In this document: in pieces, positions 8,920 through 15,742 of the stretch | How positions within the stretch are numbered: the first letter of the stretch is position 1 | Layout: every line of letters starts with the position of its first letter | Source of the DNA: Nanopusillaceae archaeon | GTDB lineage: Archaea; Nanobdellota; Nanobdellia; Nanobdellales; Nanobdellaceae | Reading direction: 5' to 3' | Assembly (NCBI GenBank): GCA_049973735.1 | Contig: JBMFJL010000003.1 | Location: 1-28,936, forward strand | DNA length: 28,936 nucleotides | Notes under the pieces: model-generated | Databases searched by the model: none | The model's input: the letters and a program-made list of their open reading frames with translations, nothing else | What the model was told of the DNA's origin: nothing | Program-made: the position numbers and the translations under genes

Positions 8920-8977
8920 TGTTCCCCGCCCATCGTTACCAATACTCATGCTTTCATATTGGTTCTTCGAAGCGGGG
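8920..8977 (-). ncRNA. Candidate single-hairpin H/ACA-type guide sRNA placed as a 5' leader of tRNA-Ser
   Basis: The minus strand reads CCCCGCUU/CGAAGA/ACCAAUA/UGAAAGCAUGAG/UAUUGGU/AACGAU/GGGCGGGG/A/ACA/GAU, followed by tRNA G1. This gives an 8-bp lower stem, a 6+6 nt internal loop and a 7-bp upper stem. The apical loop is closed by U-G plus tandem G-A/A-G (K-loop-like). There are 15 nt from the upper-stem base to ACA. A TTTAAAAA element (rc of 9001-9008) is centred about 27 nt upstream of the hairpin base. Confidence 0.45.
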
Positions 8978-9000
8978 TTATATATATGTTTATTCTTGAT

Positions 9001-9012
9001 TTTTTTAAATAC
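9001..9012. promoter_or_regulatory. Shared or bidirectional TATA-like element between the hairpin/tRNA-Ser unit (minus) and the NurA-like gene (plus)
   Basis: TTTTTTAAATAC lies about 19-30 nt upstream of the ATG at 9031. Its reverse complement lies about 27 nt upstream of position 8977. The AT-rich background makes this weak evidence. Confidence 0.25.
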
Positions 9013-9030
9013 TTGTAGTAATAAAATATA

Positions 9031-9975
9031 ATGATTAATAAAGAATTACTAAATATTTTAATTAAAAAAATTGAAAATATTAGAAGAGAAAATATTGAAG
9101 TTTCAAAATTTAAAGAAAAAATAAAAACTATTAATATTGACAATGTTGCTATAAGGGAAAAAAGAGAATTCGCTTTTATAGATTCTTCTTATATAAACGG
9201 TATAATAGGCCCTTATGCGTATATATATGCTAAAGCAGTGATTACTGGAGAAAAAGTATATGAAGAAATTAGAGATATAGAAGTTATTCCAAGTATATTT
9301 ATTTCTTCTAAAGAAGCAAATCATGATTTATCCCAAATTTCTTCACTTGTTGCAAAAAATCTAGAATATATTCTCGCTAAAAAATATAGTAACAAATATA
9401 TTTTTATAGATGGTTCAATAATTTCTGACGGAGTACTATTGTCTCAATTTAGCTATGAATTAGATGAAGAAAATATAGAAAGAATAAGAAAGAATTTTGC
9501 TGAAAATTTTGTTTACATGATAGAAAAAGGTAAATTATTAGCAATAGCAAAGAGGATATTAAATCTGAAAATATTTGATCATGAAAATAAAAGAATTTCA
9601 GATTTTCAAATATTGTTGAATATTTTCCCAAAAGAAGTATTTTACACAGAAATAATTGAAAAAAATTTAGGTGAAATAATTAAAATAAAAAAGGAAGAAG
9701 GAAAAATTATTTTTTATAATAAAAACATATACTTTATATATTTTAGAACTAGACCAGAAGATCATATATATAGGATAGAAGCTATAGATAACATAAGTAA
9801 AGAAGAATTTTTAGAAATTGTAAAAGAAAATATATATTTAAATGCCTCTTATCCAAGATATTTAAAATTGTCTCATAATCTATGTAAAATAACAAATAAA
9901 GAAAAAACCGCAATAGAAAGATTTATGAAAAAGTATTTGGGATATTCATATACCTCTGGTTGGGAAACTCATTAG
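9031..9975 (+). CDS. nurA: NurA-like nuclease (putative)
   Basis: 314 aa. Two aspartate-containing motifs, FAFIDSSY near the N-terminus and NKYIFIDGSIISDG, are spaced as in NurA (VDGS ... LLDGSL). An acidic NLEYILA segment lies between them. The assignment is from memory of the family, not a search. Confidence 0.45.
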   Translation: MINKELLNILIKKIENIRRENIEVSKFKEKIKTINIDNVAIREKREFAFIDSSYINGIIGPYAYIYAKAVITGEKVYEEIRDIEVIPSIFISSKEANHDLSQISSLVAKNLEYILAKKYSNKYIFIDGSIISDGVLLSQFSYELDEENIERIRKNFAENFVYMIEKGKLLAIAKRILNLKIFDHENKRISDFQILLNIFPKEVFYTEIIEKNLGEIIKIKKEEGKIIFYNKNIYFIYFRTRPEDHIYRIEAIDNISKEEFLEIVKENIYLNASYPRYLKLSHNLCKITNKEKTAIERFMKKYLGYSYTSGWETH

Positions 9976-10048
<73 letters not shown>

Positions 10049-10077
10049 ATTTAAAAATAGTTTTTTATTGAAAATTT

Positions 10078-11727
10078 TTAACCTATATATATCTGCGGCA
10101 TAACTCCATTTGGTGGATATGCTCTAGCAACTACCCATTGTATATATTGAGTAGAACTATGTGCACCATCAGATGCACTTATTTGTAATGTAGGATATCT
10201 GAATGGATTATAATTAATTGTTGAATTAATTGACATATATAGTGGCAAATTTCTATACATATTTAGTAAAGTTAAAGGTGTCCATACGTTACTAGAACTA
10301 TAGAAATAATAACCTGTTTCTGTATATGTACTATTTAAAATAAAATATGCGTAGATTGTTTGACTAACAACATTTCTAGCAGTACTAGAATATACCTTAC
10401 TTGCTAATGTTTGGTTAGTAACAACAGATTTTATCATAGAATACCATCCCCAGTAATAATAATATCCATTTTCTGCAACAGTAGAATAATTTGGTATTGT
10501 CTCAAAATCTGGTGAACCAGATCCTACAGAACTAGAAGCAACCTGTTGGCTTGTATTTCCAAATAAAGATATAGCATTTATTTCATTAGTATAATAAACA
10601 TAAAATGCTTCTTCAACTATCATAGGAATCATTGGTATATTCCAATTATTATATGGTAAAATATATGTTGCTTCTCCCCATACACCATTTGTCATCTGTA
10701 TACCACTTGAAGTGGCTACAGGAGTGAATGAATTTACTGCAGTAGGGGATTGATAACCTATCCATCCATCAAATGTATTATTAAAGTATCCATAAACTAT
10801 AAATACATATTTTCCATTATCATATTTTCTCGAAGGATCTATTTGTGGAGACAAACCTACATATGGATAATATTGTTGATAATAGTTTGTAGAAATATTA
10901 TCTATACACATATAAATTGTAAAATTGCTATTTGCAGGAATTCCTTGAGAAATATTTATCCACCAGATTTTACAACTAGTAGAACCACTAGTATAAATAC
11001 CTTCATACCATGAATAAATATTTGGTGTTCCATATGTTGTAAAATAAACATTTGATCCATTTAATGTTATTAAATTAAACAATGTAGCATTATTTATGTA
11101 AGCAAAATTGCTTCCTAAACTTACTGTTCCATTACATATTGCAATTTGTTGTTGAAATGGTGCAGGAGTTGGAATATTTTGCGTATTATACAATTTTAAT
11201 GGTATTGTGTAAGTTGATAGACAGCTTTTACCTACATTATTATCGGACAAATTAATCTGAAATACTGTAGGTGGTTTAAAATAATCTATAAAAGGATTAG
11301 AGATATAATTTATGTCGAATTCCGCAATTATATTGTTAGATAATCCTATTAGTATGCTATATTTTCCTTCTTGATTTAAAGGTATTTGTGATAGATTTGC
11401 AACAATTAATAGTAATTGATTTTTTGACGGATCTACAATTACACTATTTGAATTATATGGTATAACATTAACCAATCTATTATTAACTATTGCGAATACT
11501 TGAGATGCATTAACAGGCTCAGATGGTTTTACATATACAAACAAAGTATTATTTTGTATAAAATAATCTAGTATCTGAAAGTTCAATGATAAAGATTTTG
11601 AAACTCCATATGCTGTAGGAACCGGCGTATTTGTATTTTTTATTACAATATTTGTCAATAACAATAATAAGATAGTACCAGTAGCTATTAACATTAATGT
11701 AGCAAATAAAGCATTTTGTAGTTTCAT
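10078..11727 (-). CDS. Large membrane-anchored or secreted N/Y/S/T-rich surface protein. Has a pilin-like N-terminal helix and a possible DUF2341/LamG-type lectin-like region.
   Basis: 549 aa. The N-terminus is MKLQNA-LFATLMLIATGTILLLLL. I counted about 16 N-x-S/T sequons by hand. The segment CKIWWINISQGIPANSNFTIYMCI...GKYVFIVYGYFNNTFDGW recalls DUF2341/concanavalin-like domains (from memory). It is the last gene of a three-gene operon. Confidence 0.5.
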   Translation of the reverse strand: MKLQNALFATLMLIATGTILLLLLTNIVIKNTNTPVPTAYGVSKSLSLNFQILDYFIQNNTLFVYVKPSEPVNASQVFAIVNNRLVNVIPYNSNSVIVDPSKNQLLLIVANLSQIPLNQEGKYSILIGLSNNIIAEFDINYISNPFIDYFKPPTVFQINLSDNNVGKSCLSTYTIPLKLYNTQNIPTPAPFQQQIAICNGTVSLGSNFAYINNATLFNLITLNGSNVYFTTYGTPNIYSWYEGIYTSGSTSCKIWWINISQGIPANSNFTIYMCIDNISTNYYQQYYPYVGLSPQIDPSRKYDNGKYVFIVYGYFNNTFDGWIGYQSPTAVNSFTPVATSSGIQMTNGVWGEATYILPYNNWNIPMIPMIVEEAFYVYYTNEINAISLFGNTSQQVASSSVGSGSPDFETIPNYSTVAENGYYYYWGWYSMIKSVVTNQTLASKVYSSTARNVVSQTIYAYFILNSTYTETGYYFYSSSNVWTPLTLLNMYRNLPLYMSINSTINYNPFRYPTLQISASDGAHSSTQYIQWVVARAYPPNGVMPQIYIG

Positions 11728-11739
11728 ATTATATTTAAA

Positions 11740-12186
11740 CTAACTTACATATATTAAAGTTTGAAACCTATTTCCATAACAACTTAATAGCACTATATAA
11801 TTCCAAGAAGCATTCTTTAAATATATATTAGGAAAAGTTATGTTTGCATCTTCTCCAGGTAATAGCAAATTAGAAGGATATAATTGATTTACAGAATAAT
11901 TAAAATTTACAATAAATCCATTTACATATAATCTAAAGCAAGATAAATCCAAAACTTTATTTCCATTATTCAATATACTTATATTTGGAGATAAATAGCT
12001 TGTTTGGTTATTCAAAAATTTTATGTTTTCTCCAACCGTGTTTCTAACTCCATTAATAATTGCATAAGCAGTATTATTAAAATTGCTATACATATTTGTT
12101 AATATTGTATATAAAACATACATAGAGACAATAAAAACAAAGAAACTTGCTATAGCTCCAACTAAAGATCCTGTATCAGATCTCAT
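11740..12186 (-). CDS. Pilin/ArlF-ArlG(FlaF/FlaG)-like small surface protein
   Basis: 148 aa. The N-terminus is MRSDTG-SLVGAIASFFVFIVSMYVLY. The body, ISILNNGNKVLDLSCFRLYVNGFIV...LLPGEDANITF, resembles the beta-sandwich of FlaF/FlaG-type proteins. It has multiple N-x-S/T sequons and an ATGA overlap with the upstream gene. Confidence 0.5.
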   Translation of the reverse strand: MRSDTGSLVGAIASFFVFIVSMYVLYTILTNMYSNFNNTAYAIINGVRNTVGENIKFLNNQTSYLSPNISILNNGNKVLDLSCFRLYVNGFIVNFNYSVNQLYPSNLLLPGEDANITFPNIYLKNASWNYIVLLSCYGNRFQTLIYVS

Positions 12187-12662
12187 TTTACAATACAGGT
12201 ATTAGCAGTAGTATTTACATAAATAATATTTTGAGCAAATGCACCACTATCTGCTACAACCTTTATTTGATAAAAATCTGTTCCTAAACTAATGTTTGAA
12301 ATTATTACAATGGTATCATAAGGTCCCCAAACTTGTGTACCAGTATAACTATATGCAATCCTGACAGTTTTATTATTTACTAATACTCCATTAACAAAAA
12401 ATTGCGTTAAGTTTTGATTTAATATATTATTTCCTCTATTTGTGACATATACATATAATAAATTTGTGGTACTATTGTATGCACATGAATCAATTGTAAT
12501 ATAAGTTTGTAGCATATTTTGTAATGATTCTGCATTTGCATATGCGGCATTACTTATTTTATTTAAACTATTATATGCAGAAGATATTAATATGTACGAA
12601 GCAACAGCAGCAACTATAAATAGTATAACCTCAACTATTATTGTACCAAACTGACTTTTCAT
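12183..12662 (-). CDS. Pilin/ArlF-ArlG(FlaF/FlaG)-like small surface protein
   Basis: 159 aa. The N-terminus MKSQFG-TIIVEVILFIVAAVASYILI has a Glu at +5 after the putative Gly cleavage site. The body contains LLYVYVTNRGNNILNQNLTQFFVNGVLV. Sequon-rich. Confidence 0.5.
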   Translation of the reverse strand: MKSQFGTIIVEVILFIVAAVASYILISSAYNSLNKISNAAYANAESLQNMLQTYITIDSCAYNSTTNLLYVYVTNRGNNILNQNLTQFFVNGVLVNNKTVRIAYSYTGTQVWGPYDTIVIISNISLGTDFYQIKVVADSGAFAQNIIYVNTTANTCIVK

Positions 12663-12693
12663 TATAAATTAGAGTTTATTAAAAAATATAAAA

Positions 12694-13509
12694 TTATTCT
12701 TCTAACTCGTATCCATCAATTCCTCTTTCTCTTACAATTTTTCCCCATTCCAAGATTTTTTCTTGTCTTTTAATTTCGTTTTCAACAATTTTATCCATTA
12801 TTTTTAAATTTTGAACACCCTTTATTTCTACTTTTTCTCCACCTTCTATCGATATATTAAGATCTTGTCTGATTGTACCCAAACCTCTCTTTACCTTACC
12901 AGTTAATCTAAGTATTAATCCTATATATTCAGCTATTTCTTTTACTTCTTGAGGATTTGTCATATCAGGGCCTGTAGATATTTCAATTAGTGGTATTCCC
13001 AGCCTATCTAATCTATAAATAATATATTTTTCACCTTCTTCTATTTTTCTTGCGGCATCCTCTTCAATACATATTGTTTGTATCGTTATTTCTTTATTTT
13101 TATACTTTATTTTTCCGTCTAAAGCTAATAGTAATGTTCTTTGAAATCCAGAAGTATTAGATCCGTCTACTACAATTTTTCTCATAACTTGTAATACTTT
13201 TGGAACATACATGTTAAAGTATGTAGAAATTAGTAGTCCAAATTTTAATGCTTCTAAGTTTATTAGATGTGGTGGTTCTTCATCAAGTTCTACCAAACAA
13301 GAATATTCATTAGAATACTCATATATGTATAGTTTATCTTTCATTGTTTCATATTCTGCAGCTACATCTTTTTTTCCAATTTCACTCTGTGTTACCCTTA
13401 GTTTTCTTTCTATTCTATGAGTATAATTATCGAAAAGCTCTGTTGGACATGAACAGAACAACTTTTCTTTGGTATTTAGTTGTTGATGTATCTCTAAACC
13501 AGCTTTCAT
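12694..13509 (-). CDS. gatE: Glu-tRNA(Gln) amidotransferase subunit E, N-terminal catalytic (cradle) domain only: a split or truncated gatE
   Basis: 271 aa. GLEIHQQLNTKEKLFCSCPTE, RKLRVTQSEIGKKDVAA, VELDEEPPH, VDGSNTSGFQRT, IEEDAARK, RLGIPLIEISTGPDM and KRGLGTIRQDLNISI all match GatE. Full-length GatE is about 600+ aa. The ORF stops where the AspRS-like insertion domain would begin. Confidence 0.85.
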   Translation of the reverse strand: MKAGLEIHQQLNTKEKLFCSCPTELFDNYTHRIERKLRVTQSEIGKKDVAAEYETMKDKLYIYEYSNEYSCLVELDEEPPHLINLEALKFGLLISTYFNMYVPKVLQVMRKIVVDGSNTSGFQRTLLLALDGKIKYKNKEITIQTICIEEDAARKIEEGEKYIIYRLDRLGIPLIEISTGPDMTNPQEVKEIAEYIGLILRLTGKVKRGLGTIRQDLNISIEGGEKVEIKGVQNLKIMDKIVENEIKRQEKILEWGKIVRERGIDGYELEE

Positions 13510-13548
13510 AACCTTCTTTTTTATAAAAATTTATATAAATTATATATT
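13510..13548. promoter_or_regulatory. 39-bp divergent promoter region (gatE fragment / hsp20) with TATA-like boxes
   Basis: TTTATAAAAA (13520-13529) is centred about 25 nt upstream of the hsp20 ATG. This suggests a leaderless or short-leader mRNA. The near-palindromic TTTATATAAA (13530-13539) could serve the minus-strand gene. Confidence 0.3.
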
Positions 13549-13998
13549 ATGGCAGGTGATATAGATGACATCATGGATTATATAAGAAAAGAATGGAAAA
13601 GACAAATGAGATTAATGAGAAAATTGCAATCAAAAATAAATAAATTAGTAAATCTTGGATTTATTCCCTTTGAGTATGAAGAACCTTTAGCAGATATTGT
13701 AGATGAAGGAGATAAATATTTAATAGAGTTAGATTTACCAGGAGTGGATAAAAAAGATATAAACATAACAGTAAAAGACAGGTTTTTGAAAGTAAGTGCT
13801 AAAAGGAAATTAGAGAGTAAGGAAAAAGGAGAAAATTACATAAGAATGGAAAGATTATTTACAGGATACCAAAGAATATTTGAATTACCAGAAGATGCAG
13901 ATGTAAATAATATAAAGGCAAAATATGAAAATGGTGTATTAAGAATTGAAATAAAAAAGAAACCTGGTTTGGAAGGAAAAAGGATAGATGTCGAATAA
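13549..13998 (+). CDS. hsp20: Small heat-shock protein, Hsp20/alpha-crystallin family
   Basis: 149 aa. DEGDKYLIELDLPGVDKKDINITVKDRFLKVSAKRK...ERLFTGYQRIFELPEDADVNNIKAKYENGVLRIEIKK is a typical alpha-crystallin domain. Confidence 0.9.
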   Translation: MAGDIDDIMDYIRKEWKRQMRLMRKLQSKINKLVNLGFIPFEYEEPLADIVDEGDKYLIELDLPGVDKKDINITVKDRFLKVSAKRKLESKEKGENYIRMERLFTGYQRIFELPEDADVNNIKAKYENGVLRIEIKKKPGLEGKRIDVE

Positions 13999-14938
13999 TT
14001 TTTTTGAAGAAATTATTAATAATGCATTTAAAAAGGCAAAGATAAATACCAAAGGTATATCTGATTTTAAAGAAAAAAATCTCAAAAAATTAGATATTAT
14101 TTACAATTATGTATATTCAAAAATAGATAAAATGTATAATGATATTTCGTTACCATCTAATAAATTTTATGAGGAGTTATATGAATTACTTTTGCCAGAT
14201 GTGAATATAAAAGATCTGAAGATAAGGGTAAAGAGATTAAAGGAAAACATAAGAAAAATATATGTAAAAAGTAAAAACAATATGAAGATATTAAAGTATA
14301 AAGAAGACATAATAAAATCTAGGAAAGAATTTTACGGAAGAATAGCATCTATTTTAAGGAGAAATAGAGATATACTAGAAGATTATAAAAAGTATATTAA
14401 AGCAAGATCTAGAATACCAGAAATAAAAAATTATCCGACAATAGTTATAGCAGGATTACCAAATGTAGGGAAAAGTACCTTATTAAAAAAGTTAACTGGC
14501 TCTAATGTTGAAATCAAACCATATCCATTTACAACAAAGGATTTAAATTTAGGATATATAGAAACTCCATACTTTAAATTACAAATAGTAGATACCCCTG
14601 GTATGCTAGATAGACCTTTCGAGGAATTAAATTTTATTGAAAAGAAAGCGCTATTGGCTTTAAGATATCTAGCAAATCTGGTTGTATATGTTATAGATTT
14701 GACTGGAACATCCGGTTATACTTTAGAGCAACAAATAAATCTTTTAAAAAATATAGAAAGAGAGTTTAGTAGAGAAATAGTTATATACTTTTCAAAATAT
14801 GATCTTTTTACTGAAAAAGAAAAGAAAGAGATGGAAGATATAGCAAAAACCCTAAATTATCCATATTTCCATGATAGCGAGTCTTTAAAAAATTACTTGA
14901 TAGAATATATAAAAAGAAAACCAGAATTATACATATAA
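13988..14938 (+). CDS. NOG1-type GTP-binding protein (ribosome-biogenesis GTPase family)
   Basis: 316 aa. A helical N-terminal domain is followed by G1 GLPNVGKST, G2 PFTT, G3 DTPG and a SKYD G4-like motif. It overlaps hsp20 by 11 nt. Confidence 0.75.
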   Translation: MSNNFFEEIINNAFKKAKINTKGISDFKEKNLKKLDIIYNYVYSKIDKMYNDISLPSNKFYEELYELLLPDVNIKDLKIRVKRLKENIRKIYVKSKNNMKILKYKEDIIKSRKEFYGRIASILRRNRDILEDYKKYIKARSRIPEIKNYPTIVIAGLPNVGKSTLLKKLTGSNVEIKPYPFTTKDLNLGYIETPYFKLQIVDTPGMLDRPFEELNFIEKKALLALRYLANLVVYVIDLTGTSGYTLEQQINLLKNIEREFSREIVIYFSKYDLFTEKEKKEMEDIAKTLNYPYFHDSESLKNYLIEYIKRKPELYI

Positions 14939-15567
14939 TGAAAATCATAGTATCCTCCGATATACATAACGATTTTGGATTAATATATAAAATAATAGAA
15001 CTTTACAAAAACCAGGGTGCAGATTATGTAATAATTTTGGGAGATATATCTGATTATGGAAAGATTAAAAGAGGATTGATAAAGAAATTAGTAGAAAATA
15101 TAAATCCAGACAAAATAATATTTGTACCAGGCAATAATGAGACACCAGAGATTCCATACACACTCTATTCACTGTATAAAATAAAAAGTTTGCATGGAAA
15201 GTACATTATAAAGGACAATATTGTTTTTGTTGGAATCGGAGGAGCAGATGTTCCTTTATTTATGATTACAGAAGATGAAATAAAGAAAATTCTAGAAAAG
15301 GTGGAGAAAAAGTTTACAGATAAATATATAATATTGTTAACCCATCAACCTCCTAAAGGATCATTAACTTCAATAGATACTGCTGGCAGCGAAGAATTAA
15401 CAAAATTTTTACATAGAAATAATAGGGCAATATTGAATTTGCATGGTCATATACATGAGACAGGGAGCTTGGAAGATATAATAAATAAAGCTAGGGTAAT
15501 TAATGTAGCTGGAACAGTAAAGTTATTTGAAATAAATGGTAAGGATATAAAAGTATTGGAAGAATAA
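14938..15567 (+). CDS. Calcineurin-like metallophosphoesterase
   Basis: 209 aa. Motifs SDIHND, LGDISDYG, GNNE, THQPP and HGHIHE are present. Its start abuts the upstream stop (TAATG). Confidence 0.75.
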   Translation: MKIIVSSDIHNDFGLIYKIIELYKNQGADYVIILGDISDYGKIKRGLIKKLVENINPDKIIFVPGNNETPEIPYTLYSLYKIKSLHGKYIIKDNIVFVGIGGADVPLFMITEDEIKKILEKVEKKFTDKYIILLTHQPPKGSLTSIDTAGSEELTKFLHRNNRAILNLHGHIHETGSLEDIINKARVINVAGTVKLFEINGKDIKVLEE

Positions 15568-15742
15568 TCTTACAAAAGTTTTCTTTTATTTTAGAGAACA
15601 ATCAATCAAAATAACAAATTTTATGTATCATATAGCAATAATTGTCTATATTTTATACTTTATAGTAGCAAATATATTTTAAATGTTCCTTTGAATATCA
15701 ATAAAAGATAAATATATAAATTTTGAAAGATTAATATATAAA

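Noticed and set aside
8917-8980. The GC-rich hairpin as a split-tRNA joining sequence of the kind used by Nanoarchaeum equitans tRNA half genes
   Set aside because: The adjacent tRNA-Ser is complete (both halves, intact anticodon loop). The GC-rich arms pair with each other rather than needing a partner at a distant locus.
8946-9143. 65-aa minus-strand ORF spanning the tRNA-Ser upstream region
   Set aside because: The hydrophobic low-complexity translation runs through the GC-rich hairpin, the promoter region and the start of the NurA-like gene. An RNA element explains the region better.
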